Shown piece after piece: positions 16,517-25,094 of a stretch of DNA of 31,790 nt (position 1 is the stretch's first letter; each line of letters begins with the position of its first letter). Location: positions 1-31,790 of the forward strand of contig JAYEGV010000103.1 of NCBI GenBank assembly GCA_034659235.1, given 5' to 3'. Below the pieces are notes generated by a model. It did not search any database. It saw only the letters and a program-made list of their open reading frames with translations, and was not told the DNA's origin. This DNA comes from Methanobacteriota archaeon (GTDB lineage: Archaea > Halobacteriota > Methanosarcinia > Methanosarcinales > Methanogasteraceae). The position numbers were made by a program, and so were the translations under genes.

Positions 16517-16879
16517 TCAGTCCTCCTCGCCCATCAACTTTGCAGGGCTGTATATGATCGCGTACCTGTCAGGCGATACTGCCTCAACGAACTCCTTCGT
16601 CATTGTAAGCGCCTCATTCGGGCACTGATCCACGCAGAGTCCGCAGAACATGCAGTGCCCAAAATCGATCATCGGGAACCAGCGTCCGTATCTCACAATC
16701 CTGATCGCCCGTGTCGGGCAGACGCCGGCACAGATCCCGCAGCCGATGCACTTATCTCGATCGAGTTTGTGCAGACCCCGGTACCGATCCGATACCTCGG
16801 TCGGCACCTCAGGGCAGAGCCTTGTCACATTCGGTCTGAATGTGTTTTTTATCATTTCTTCGAAGTTTTTCAGAACCAT
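16517..16879 (-). CDS. fpoI: Fpo/complex I-like subunit I (2x[4Fe-4S])
   Basis: RYRG, CIGCGICAGVCP, CMFCGLCVDQCP. ATG 16879 follows TAGGTGA; a GTG start at 16888 is also possible. Confidence 0.92.
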   Translation of the reverse strand: MVLKNFEEMIKNTFRPNVTRLCPEVPTEVSDRYRGLHKLDRDKCIGCGICAGVCPTRAIRIVRYGRWFPMIDFGHCMFCGLCVDQCPNEALTMTKEFVEAVSPDRYAIIYSPAKLMGEED

Positions 16880-16888
16880 GCCAATCAC

Positions 16889-17968
16889 CTACCAGAATAC
16901 CAACCCTATAGCCACTGCCCATACCAGGTTCACCATAGCAAGTGGCAAAAGAACCTTCCATCCTATCGATGTCACCTGATCGATCCTGATTCTCGGAAGC
17001 GCCCATCTGATCATGACCACAAACATCATAACCAGCACCCATTTCGCCAGGAATACTACGGCTGGCAGCAGTCCGAGGAGCGGGATACTCGATTCTTCGA
17101 TGAACCATGGCAGATTCCAGCCGCCAAGGAATATCAGAACCGCGATGCACGATCCGAGCACCATGTGGATGTACTCAGCAAAATACGCAAGTCCAAACCT
17201 CATGCCGCTGTACTCGGTGCCCCATCCTGCGATCAGTTCCTCCTCTGCCTCGTTCTGATCGAATGGCACACGTCCCATGTCCGCGATCAGCGAAACTCCG
17301 AAGATCACAAATCCCAGAGGCATTGCGAATGCGAACCAGATCACTGTTGATTGCGCCTCAACGATATCAACGATGTCAAGGGAGCCTGTGACGATCACAA
17401 CGCTAACAATAGTCATTCCGAGTGCGACCTCGTATCCGATCATGCGAGCGATGTTTCTGAATGCGGCAATGACTGAGAACTTGTTGTTCGATCCCCATCC
17501 TGCCATGAATATTCCGATGATACCGATCGCAGATACCGCCTCAAGGTAGAGGATGCTGATATCAAACTGTGTCACTGCGAGCGGATAGCTTGTCCCGTAG
17601 AAGACGAACGCCCCGAACGGGATTGCGATTATCATGAGAAGCGCTGATCCGAACATCAGTATCGGTGCGCCAGCCCAGACAGGACCGTCAACCTTGTCAG
17701 GTTTTATGTCCTCCTTTGTGAAGAGCTTGATCGCATCAGCGATGAGCTGGAGCAGACCATACCTTCCGCCGACGCGGTTCGGTCCGATTCTGGACTGGAT
17801 GTCGCTTGCATACTTTCGCTCAAGCCAGACCGCAAACATCGCAGCGACCATGATTCCGCCCATTGCGCAGAGTCCGGCGATTCCTCGAATCCATGGACCC
17901 CACCAGTTTTTGTTTCCGAGTATGAAATATAAACCACCTATCAGCCATTCCATAAACCCTTCTAACAT
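16889..17968 (-). CDS. fpoH: Fpo/complex I-like subunit H
   Basis: ERK..S.IQSRIGP, LLQLIADAIKLFTKE, IGYEV, RVPFDQNEAEEEL, EYSG, LPRIRIDQ. Confidence 0.92.
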   Translation of the reverse strand: MLEGFMEWLIGGLYFILGNKNWWGPWIRGIAGLCAMGGIMVAAMFAVWLERKYASDIQSRIGPNRVGGRYGLLQLIADAIKLFTKEDIKPDKVDGPVWAGAPILMFGSALLMIIAIPFGAFVFYGTSYPLAVTQFDISILYLEAVSAIGIIGIFMAGWGSNNKFSVIAAFRNIARMIGYEVALGMTIVSVVIVTGSLDIVDIVEAQSTVIWFAFAMPLGFVIFGVSLIADMGRVPFDQNEAEEELIAGWGTEYSGMRFGLAYFAEYIHMVLGSCIAVLIFLGGWNLPWFIEESSIPLLGLLPAVVFLAKWVLVMMFVVMIRWALPRIRIDQVTSIGWKVLLPLAMVNLVWAVAIGLVFW

Positions 17969-17980
17969 ATCCTATCCCTC

Positions 17981-19177
17981 CTACCTGTCAGCCTCACTGT
18001 TGCACGAATCCATCGACGCAGCGATTGCTGGAACGTCTGCGATGTACACATTCTCAAGCATCGGCGGAAGCCCCTGCATCAGGGCAAAAGCCGGTCCTCG
18101 GATCTTGACGCGATACGGCTTGTCTGTGCCGTCACTTACAATATACATCGCCATCTCGCCTCTCGGGTCCTCGATTGGCACATACGCCTCTCCCGGCGGC
18201 ACCCTCATCGATGGAGTCCGCCGTCCGAACGGTAACTCTTCCGGGAACAAAGGTCCCGGTTTCATCTGGTCGAGCGCCTGCTCGATGATCCAGCAGCTCT
18301 CCTGCATCTCGTTCACCCGAACCATTACACGGTCGAAGATGTCTCCGTTCTCTGCGGTCTGCACCTTGAAATCGATATCCGGGTATGTGAGCGTCGGATA
18401 GACCTTGCGCACATCGTAATCGATCCCTGCCGCACGAAGTGCAGGTCCTGTGAGACCGGCTTTTATCACATCCTCCTTTGTGAGAACACCAATGTCAACC
18501 GTTCTCATCCGATATGTGCGGTCACTTGAGAAGAGTTCCTTGTACATCTCGCACTTCTCGTTGATCATTGCAAGCACATCGATCGCCTTCTCGCGCCACC
18601 CATCAGGAAGATCCTCACGCACGCCCCCAAACCTCGGGAAGCAGTGAGTGATCCTTGCGCCAGTGATATCCTCGATCAACCCGAGAACGTACTCTCGCTC
18701 CCGGATCATGAACAGGAACATCGTAACAAAGCCGAGATCGGTTGCGTACTCACCAGTCCCAAGTAAATGGCTCTGGATTCGAGAGAGTTCCTGCATGATA
18801 ACCCTGATGTACTGTGATCTCTCGGGCGGCTCGATATCGAGCAGTCGCTCAACAGAACTGACATAAGCCTCGTTGTTTGAGAGCGATGCAAGATAGCATA
18901 TCCGATCCGTTATCGGAAGCCCCTGGATGTATGTCATGCTCTCAAGGATTTTCTCGATTCCTTTGTGTCCATACCCCATATATAACTTTGAGTCCCTGAC
19001 AGTCTCGCCGCTGATCTTGAGATCGATCAGGAACGGTCCTGGCTGTATCGGATTCTGCGGACCGATGTGAAGCATCATCTCAGTATCATCGAGCTTATAC
19101 GCTTCTTGCTGTGGCTCATGAATGTATTCGGCAGCCAGTTGCCGCATCCGTTTCTTAACGTCGTGTTTGTTAACCAT
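17981..19177 (-). CDS. fpoD: Fpo/complex I-like subunit D
   Basis: IGPQNP, GYGHKGIEK, DRICYL and C-terminal MDSCNSEADR. Single Cys in each, so no NiFe CxxC motifs and not a hydrogenase. ATG 19177; GTG 19186 is also possible. Confidence 0.92.
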   Translation of the reverse strand: MVNKHDVKKRMRQLAAEYIHEPQQEAYKLDDTEMMLHIGPQNPIQPGPFLIDLKISGETVRDSKLYMGYGHKGIEKILESMTYIQGLPITDRICYLASLSNNEAYVSSVERLLDIEPPERSQYIRVIMQELSRIQSHLLGTGEYATDLGFVTMFLFMIREREYVLGLIEDITGARITHCFPRFGGVREDLPDGWREKAIDVLAMINEKCEMYKELFSSDRTYRMRTVDIGVLTKEDVIKAGLTGPALRAAGIDYDVRKVYPTLTYPDIDFKVQTAENGDIFDRVMVRVNEMQESCWIIEQALDQMKPGPLFPEELPFGRRTPSMRVPPGEAYVPIEDPRGEMAMYIVSDGTDKPYRVKIRGPAFALMQGLPPMLENVYIADVPAIAASMDSCNSEADR

Positions 19178-19186
19178 TGCGACCAC

Positions 19187-19753
19187 CTACTCCGGATAAT
19201 GCCTCTCAGAGGGCCACGACTTCCATTCAAGCGGGTACTTCTCTTCGACAATGCTTTCCTGATCATCCGAGTACGGGTACTTCGCAGTCGTCTGCGGATA
19301 CTCCTGATAATCCTTACGAAGGGGCCATTCGCCCATCATATCGTCTGCTAAGACTAGTACGGTCATCTCAGGGTGTCCATCGAAGTAGATGCCCATGAAC
19401 TCGTAGACTTCTCGCTCGTACCAGTTTGCATTCCACCAGACCGGAATAACGGTGTCGATCGATGGATTATCGTCCCGCGGTACCTCTGCCTTCAGCTTCA
19501 CGATGACCGAGTGATCGTACGATGCGATCATGTATACCACCTCGAACTTCCTCTCTTCCGGGAAATCGAGGCTTGTAATCCCGGATAATCTGTTGAATTG
19601 CAGATCATCCTTTAAGTACGAGCAGACGTCAACGATCGTTCCCTTATCGACGTTCGCACAGACTATATGCGGCGGCTGAGAATCGATCAGAGCGTCCGTA
19701 ACAGCGTCCGGGAACTGAGATTTCAACGAATCAAGTACTGTCTCTCCGTCCAT
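19187..19753 (-). CDS. fpoC: Fpo/complex I-like subunit C
   Basis: ANWYEREVYEFMGIYFDGHP, WPLRKDY. Confidence 0.92.
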   Translation of the reverse strand: MDGETVLDSLKSQFPDAVTDALIDSQPPHIVCANVDKGTIVDVCSYLKDDLQFNRLSGITSLDFPEERKFEVVYMIASYDHSVIVKLKAEVPRDDNPSIDTVIPVWWNANWYEREVYEFMGIYFDGHPEMTVLVLADDMMGEWPLRKDYQEYPQTTAKYPYSDDQESIVEEKYPLEWKSWPSERHYPE

Positions 19754-19754
19754 C

Positions 19755-20282
19755 TCATTTCACCCCGTACATTGTTCCCTTGTCGGTCTTCGCCTTGATC
19801 TTCTTCTGGAGTTCTATGAACCCCTGGATCAGTGCCTCGGGTCTTGGCGGGCATCCGGTGATGTAGACATCGACCGGGAATATCTCGTCGATGTTCTGTA
19901 GCGTGTTGTATGATCTGTAGAACGGTCCGCCGCTTATGGAACAGTTGCCCATACAGATCACCCATTTAGGCGATGGCATCTGCTCGTACAACCGCTTCAG
20001 CGCGGGGAAGTACTTACGGACGATATACCCACTGATCACCATCACGTCCGCGTGTCGCGGTGAACATCTCGGAATGATTCCGAAACGATCGGTGTCGTAG
20101 TGGGAACAGCCCGCAGCGATCATCTCAACGCCACAGCACCCCATCGGCTGGGTCATGAACCAGAGCGAGTTCTTCCGCCCCCAGTTTATGACATCCTGTG
20201 CCGGCGATTTCTTGAGGAACTCATGAATCGCGCTCGTCGTGGTGGTTATGACCTGTATTGGTGTTCTAATGTCTTTTGGCAT
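19755..20282 (-). CDS. fpoB: Fpo/complex I-like subunit B
   Basis: WGRKNSLW, GCCGVEM, SPRHADV, MGNCSISGG, VDVYITGCPPRPEA. Confidence 0.93.
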   Translation of the reverse strand: MPKDIRTPIQVITTTTSAIHEFLKKSPAQDVINWGRKNSLWFMTQPMGCCGVEMIAAGCSHYDTDRFGIIPRCSPRHADVMVISGYIVRKYFPALKRLYEQMPSPKWVICMGNCSISGGPFYRSYNTLQNIDEIFPVDVYITGCPPRPEALIQGFIELQKKIKAKTDKGTMYGVK

Positions 20283-20291
20283 AATTACCTC

Positions 20292-20663
20292 CTACGAACG
20301 CATCCATGAGAACGCGCCTTTCTTCCATGCGTAAATATCTCCGATCACGAGTGCGATAATAAGGAATATTGTCATCGCACCAACTGCCGCCATCGAATTC
20401 TTGTAACAAACAGCCCACGGATATAAGAAAAGAACCTCGACATCAAAAAGCACAAAAACAATCGCAAGTACGTAGTACGAAACGTTAAATCGTACCTGTG
20501 CTTCGCCTATCGGATCTTTTCCACCCTCGTAGGTCGTGTTCTTGAATCTGGCAGGGTTTCTCGGAGTAATCTGTTTCACAATGAACATGATGACGAATGG
20601 TATAATCAACGCAAGAACAAGCATTGCCATAATCGGTATGTAGTTTACAATCCCATTCATCAT
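20292..20663 (-). CDS. fpoA: Fpo/complex I-like subunit A
   Basis: TYEGG, YYVLAIVFVLFDVEVLFLYPWA, YAWKKGAF.W. Confidence 0.92.
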   Translation of the reverse strand: MMNGIVNYIPIMAMLVLALIIPFVIMFIVKQITPRNPARFKNTTYEGGKDPIGEAQVRFNVSYYVLAIVFVLFDVEVLFLYPWAVCYKNSMAAVGAMTIFLIIALVIGDIYAWKKGAFSWMRS

Positions 20664-20754
20664 CGTGTCAACCTCCTGATCATATCTTCAAGCCTCCTTT
20701 GTTATATGGTCATAATCGACCTTTGATTGTCTCGGTTTCTATGATTTTACCATA

Positions 20755-20766
20755 GTATAAAAGGTT
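20755..20766 (-). promoter_or_regulatory. Putative TATA box of the fpo operon
   Basis: Minus strand AACCTTTTATAC about 95 nt upstream of fpoA. Confidence 0.4.
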
Positions 20767-21038
20767 TATCACGTCATCATCGGTTCTGGATAAAGGTGGT
20801 TTTGAATCGGATGTTATCATGAAAAAAGTAATTAAAATAAGTTTTTTATGAAAATAATCGAAAATCTACTGATTTTCCATCATTCGGGGGTGGAAGCATC
20901 CTATAACTGCTGATCTATGCCGCGTTGAAAATCTATCACAGCATCCTCCGGATCACATCACCGCCCGTACATCATCCTATCAGCCGTAAATTCACAATCG
21001 ACCAAGCGCGCAAATCGTTCTCTGTTGATCACTGATTC

Positions 21039-22322
21039 CTATGGATGGCACCATTCGTCTGCAGGAAATCCATAAGCATCGGTATCATCGAAGCAGTAAC
21101 AGACCTTCTGATACCCGCTCTTCAACTCAACAACATCACTTCTCACGCTTTCAGGAGATTCATGGTCGAATACGATTCGCTTGAAGAATTCGGCGATCGC
21201 GTCCATCTCTGACGCACCCATTCCGATGCGGGTCAGTTCCTGTGTTCCGATCCTGATTCCGGACGGCTCGACTGTGACGCTGACAGGATCTCCTGGCAGA
21301 AGATTCTTGTTCACGATGATATTTGCCTCTTCGAGTTTTGTGGCAACCCTGGTGCTGCCTCCAACCGTTGTGACATTGACTGCAACCTGGTGCGATTCCG
21401 TAAACCCGTAAGGCTCGCACAGCACATCGAATCCTCGCTCATATAATGCCTGCGCAAGCGTTTTGGCATTTGCAATCACATGCGAGGCATAATCCTCACC
21501 AAACTCTATCATCTCTGCGAGCGATACTCCGAGTCCTGCAAGATGATGCAGATGATGATTGCTCACTGTTCCTGGAAAGACCGCTTCATCGATCCTCTCT
21601 CTCTGGTTCTTCTTGCAGAAGATTACCGCACCCTGTGGTCCCGGAAAGGTCTTGTGCGTGGATCCTGTCATCACATCGGCACCCTCGTGCAGCGGGTCCT
21701 GAAAGCGTTTTCCCGCGATTAACCCGAGCACATGCGCGCCATCATAGACGACGGTTGCACCTACCTCGCTTGCTGCATCGGAGGCTTCCCGAACCGGATG
21801 CGGGAACAAAAACAGGCTCCCGCCTAAAAGCACGATGCGCGGCTCTTTATCCCGGATCATGGCAGCCATGCGATCGGAATCGATGTTCATGATCTCGGGA
21901 TCGAATGGATGAGGTATCACGCAAAGTCCGCGAACACCAGCAGCAGAATACCGTACGTGGCTGATGTGCCCACCCTGTGGGACATCAAGGGACATGATCG
22001 TGTCCCCTGGCTTTGCCAGTGCAAAAAAAGCAGCGATGTTTGCGTTAACACCTGATGTTGGCTGCACATTGACATGTTCTGCTCTGAATAAATCTTTTGC
22101 AAGTTCGATGGTCTTTGCCTCGATCAGATCGATGTATCTGCATCCCTGATAGAACCGATGCCCGACCACACCTTCTGCATATCGATGAGCAAGATCGCTT
22201 GCTGCAAGCAGCCTCGCCTTTCTGCTCATGAGGTTGGTGCTCGCGATCATTGGAAGGCAGTCCTTATACCATGAGTGATGTGCCTGCGTGGCACGCATGA
22301 TAACGTCAATATCCTGTTGCAT
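21039..22322 (-). CDS. glyA: Serine hydroxymethyltransferase (archaeal type)
   Basis: MIASTN, YAEG..G.RFYQGC, NVQPTSG, GGHISH, YDGAHVLGL, STHKTFPGPQG (PLP Lys), SGIRIGT. Confidence 0.95.
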   Translation of the reverse strand: MQQDIDVIMRATQAHHSWYKDCLPMIASTNLMSRKARLLAASDLAHRYAEGVVGHRFYQGCRYIDLIEAKTIELAKDLFRAEHVNVQPTSGVNANIAAFFALAKPGDTIMSLDVPQGGHISHVRYSAAGVRGLCVIPHPFDPEIMNIDSDRMAAMIRDKEPRIVLLGGSLFLFPHPVREASDAASEVGATVVYDGAHVLGLIAGKRFQDPLHEGADVMTGSTHKTFPGPQGAVIFCKKNQRERIDEAVFPGTVSNHHLHHLAGLGVSLAEMIEFGEDYASHVIANAKTLAQALYERGFDVLCEPYGFTESHQVAVNVTTVGGSTRVATKLEEANIIVNKNLLPGDPVSVTVEPSGIRIGTQELTRIGMGASEMDAIAEFFKRIVFDHESPESVRSDVVELKSGYQKVCYCFDDTDAYGFPADEWCHP

Positions 22323-22398
22323 GTCCTTTGTTATGATAAGAACCGCAATACCTTAAATGCATTCTGATCAGGAGAATGTTTCTGCATTACCGATAAAC

Positions 22399-23142
22399 TC
22401 ATATCACAACCGTCTCCATATCCTCCCCGATCGCAACATCGCAGTCGCAGTACTCGTGCACCGTCGCAACCATCTCATCCTCGAATCCTCTGGTATGCGG
22501 ATATAGATGTGTGAGAATGATCCTTCCTACCGATACCGAACGCATCATCTTACCGAGCATCATTGGTGTCGTGTGATTGGTTACATCAGGCACCGAGTCA
22601 GGAAACGAGCACTCATGGATCAGGATGTCCGCACCATCGCTCAAGCGTGCAATGCTCTTCACAGGCTCGGTATCGCCAGAATACACGATCCGCACTATTC
22701 CATCCTCATCGGCAATACCATAACCGAGTGACGGCATGCCATGCATGGTCTTTGCGCAGATGATCTCATATCCGCCGATTGAGACGCGATCCTGATCCGA
22801 CATCTCAAAGACATCGATTCTCATCCTGTTCTTCATATAAGGATATGCATCAAAAAGCCTTGAAAGCCACTCTTCTGTACCAGATGGTCCGTATATCAGA
22901 AGATCGTGACTTTCACAGAGCCATTTCGCCTTTATGAGACTCATGACATCTGCAACATGATCAAGATGCAGATGTGTGAGAAATACATGCTCAATCGCTG
23001 CACAGTTTAAAAGGCGTGGAAGAACACCGCTTCCGCAGTCGAATAATACAGGGGAATCGAGTTCAACGAGTATTCCTGACTGTACCCGGTGCGGCTGGGG
23101 TATGGCAACGCCTGTTCCGATCAATGTTATGTTGATTGGCAT
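22399..23142 (-). CDS. MBL-fold metallohydrolase, RNase Z/ElaC-like
   Basis: LIGTG, FDCGSG, THLHLDH, YSGDT, ILIHECS, LTHLYP. Confidence 0.8.
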   Translation of the reverse strand: MPINITLIGTGVAIPQPHRVQSGILVELDSPVLFDCGSGVLPRLLNCAAIEHVFLTHLHLDHVADVMSLIKAKWLCESHDLLIYGPSGTEEWLSRLFDAYPYMKNRMRIDVFEMSDQDRVSIGGYEIICAKTMHGMPSLGYGIADEDGIVRIVYSGDTEPVKSIARLSDGADILIHECSFPDSVPDVTNHTTPMMLGKMMRSVSVGRIILTHLYPHTRGFEDEMVATVHEYCDCDVAIGEDMETVVI

Positions 23143-23163
23143 GGTTCATCGTAATTTCTCTGG

Positions 23164-23185
23164 GGATAACTGGCAATCTGCTCAT
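23164..23185 (-). pseudogene. Stub of a HicA toxin gene (MSRLPVI)
   Basis: ATGA overlap with the hicB stop. ATG AGC AGA TTG CCA GTT ATC gives a typical HicA N-terminus; no HicA-like sequence follows. Confidence 0.5.
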
Positions 23186-23421
23186 ATCTCTACCGACACG
23201 ACGTGGTAACTGAACTCCTGGATTGCGTCAAGCTGTTCTACAATTTCTTCCTTTTGTTCCTCAAGGCACAATTCAATCACTTCGTGTATGTTTTTCAATG
23301 CTTCATCCAGTGTTTTTCCCTGCGTATAGCATCCCTGAAGAAGCGGACATTCTACCACAAAAAAACCATCTTCATCCGTCTCCACAAGAATTGGGAGATG
23401 AACTTTTTTAGACTCAGTCAT
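23182..23421 (-). CDS. HicB-family antitoxin (79 aa)
   Basis: ETDEDGFFVVECPLLQGCYTQGKTLDEALKNIHEVIEL is the HicB N-terminal signature. Start at ATG 23421. Confidence 0.88.
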   Translation of the reverse strand: MTESKKVHLPILVETDEDGFFVVECPLLQGCYTQGKTLDEALKNIHEVIELCLEEQKEEIVEQLDAIQEFSYHVVSVEI

Positions 23422-23515
23422 GTTCAATCGCCAACAATGGTATATTCTACAAGCATTTAAATGTCTATCTCCTCCAACCAAAAATTTCATACTTCCGCAT
23501 ACCAACACAACCACA

Positions 23516-24916
23516 ATGACACAGATCGACATTCCCCGCGTGCTTCTCGCTGCTGACCGGTCATCCGCTGGAAAGACCACCATCTGTACCGGAATCATGG
23601 CTGCGCTCTGCAGAGACATGGATGTGCAGCCATTCAAGGTCGGTCTCGATTATATCGATCCGAGTTATCACACGCTCGTATGCGGGCATGCATCCCGGAA
23701 TCTCGATGGCTATCTGATGACCGAGAATGCTGTGCTTGAAACGTTCTTACATGCTCTGAACCGTGAAAAGACAAATTTAGCCATCATCGAAGGGGTAAGG
23801 GGATTGTATGAAGGTTTTGATGGACTTAGCGATATCGGAAGCACGGCTCAGATCGCAAAGATCCTGAAATGTCCTGTGATCCTGATAATCGATGCAAGAA
23901 GCATCACGCGAAGCGCAGCCGCGGTGGTCATGGGATATGCAGCATTTGATCAGGAGGTTGATATCAGGGGTGTGATCCTCAACAAAATCGGAAGCGAGCG
24001 ACATGCTGAAAAGGCAGTATCAGCAATCGAGCAATACACGAATATACCTGTTATCGGTGCTGTTCCGAGAAGCGATGATATGGGGCTTACGATGCGACAT
24101 CTGGGCTTGATTCCTGTGCATGAGAACAAGCAATCTCCTGAATTTCAGGAACGCATATCAAACATCACACGAATCGTTTCAGAGAATATCGACCTTAAAC
24201 GACTGGTCGAAATAGCAGAGACCGCAGAGCCATTAGATATTCAGGAACCTTCGATCTTTGTCAGACATGATATCAACAACCGGGTCAGGATCGGTGTGGC
24301 GCTCGATGAGGCGTTCAATTTCTATTACAGGGATAATATTGACCTGCTGGAATTGCATGGCGCAGATATCATCTATTTCAGTCCATTACATGATGCATCG
24401 CTCCCTGACGTGGACGGTATATACATCGGGGGCGGCTATCCGGAACTGTTTGCAAAAGAACTCGAAGCGAACCGAAGTATGCGCCTCTGCATAAAAAGAG
24501 CATCATCAGATGGCATGCCGGTATATGGTGAGTGTGGCGGGCTCATGTATCTTGCAGAGCATATCATCACGAGAAGCGGCATGCATGGAATGACCGGCGA
24601 TACTTTTGATATGGTGGGTGCAATTCCGATCACCGTTGCGATGGGCGGCAAGGTCGTGAGTTATAATATCGGATCATTTATAACGAATACGCCGATCGGA
24701 GGAGCCGGCGATTCCTTTCGCGGACATGAATTCCATCATTCATCGGTCACGGATATTTCGGATGATGCCGTCTTCGCAATCAAACTGGAGCGTGGAACCG
24801 GCATCAGAGATGGCTGGGACGGGATCATGGTTGAGAATACGCTTGCAGGATATGCTCATCTGCATGCATGCTCGTATCTGCGGTTCGCAGAGGCGTTTGT
24901 CGAGGCGTGTCGGTGA
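23516..24916 (+). CDS. cfbB: Ni-sirohydrochlorin a,c-diamide synthase (F430 biosynthesis; CobB/CbiA family)
   Basis: AADRSSAGKTT, YIDPSYH, RNLDGYLM, EGVRGLYEG, STAQIAKIL, ARSITRSAAA, MRHLGL, YGECGG, GHEFH. EGVRGLYEG and TAQIAK fit CfbB rather than CobB (EGVMGLFDG). Start at ATG 23516. Confidence 0.82.
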   Translation: MTQIDIPRVLLAADRSSAGKTTICTGIMAALCRDMDVQPFKVGLDYIDPSYHTLVCGHASRNLDGYLMTENAVLETFLHALNREKTNLAIIEGVRGLYEGFDGLSDIGSTAQIAKILKCPVILIIDARSITRSAAAVVMGYAAFDQEVDIRGVILNKIGSERHAEKAVSAIEQYTNIPVIGAVPRSDDMGLTMRHLGLIPVHENKQSPEFQERISNITRIVSENIDLKRLVEIAETAEPLDIQEPSIFVRHDINNRVRIGVALDEAFNFYYRDNIDLLELHGADIIYFSPLHDASLPDVDGIYIGGGYPELFAKELEANRSMRLCIKRASSDGMPVYGECGGLMYLAEHIITRSGMHGMTGDTFDMVGAIPITVAMGGKVVSYNIGSFITNTPIGGAGDSFRGHEFHHSSVTDISDDAVFAIKLERGTGIRDGWDGIMVENTLAGYAHLHACSYLRFAEAFVEACR

Positions 24917-25094
24917 TGGATGTGCTGGTGCTTTGTGTGAAACCAATTCCCATCTCCTTAAACACATACATTACGAAAGATTTAATGAATATGAAACTTA
25001 TATTAATATACATACAAAAGGCAACATTCCCATTAATAAGCCACTGGCAAAAGAAGTGGAAGACGGAAATCACAACCCATCTTACCAGAGAAAC

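Noticed and set aside
13829-17350. Long antisense ORFs (e.g. 13829-14794, 16655-17350)
   Set aside because: They are shadow frames opposite well-supported fpo genes and have no domain motifs.
10394-20663. Membrane-bound NiFe hydrogenase (Ech/Mbh) interpretation
   Set aside because: Subunit D lacks both CxxC NiFe motifs (RICYL; DSCNSE), matching FpoD.
23422-23637. N-terminal extension of HicB (to 23637) and of CfbB (from 23420)
   Set aside because: The two extensions overlap each other across the divergent promoter region. Homologous sequence begins at 23421 and 23516.
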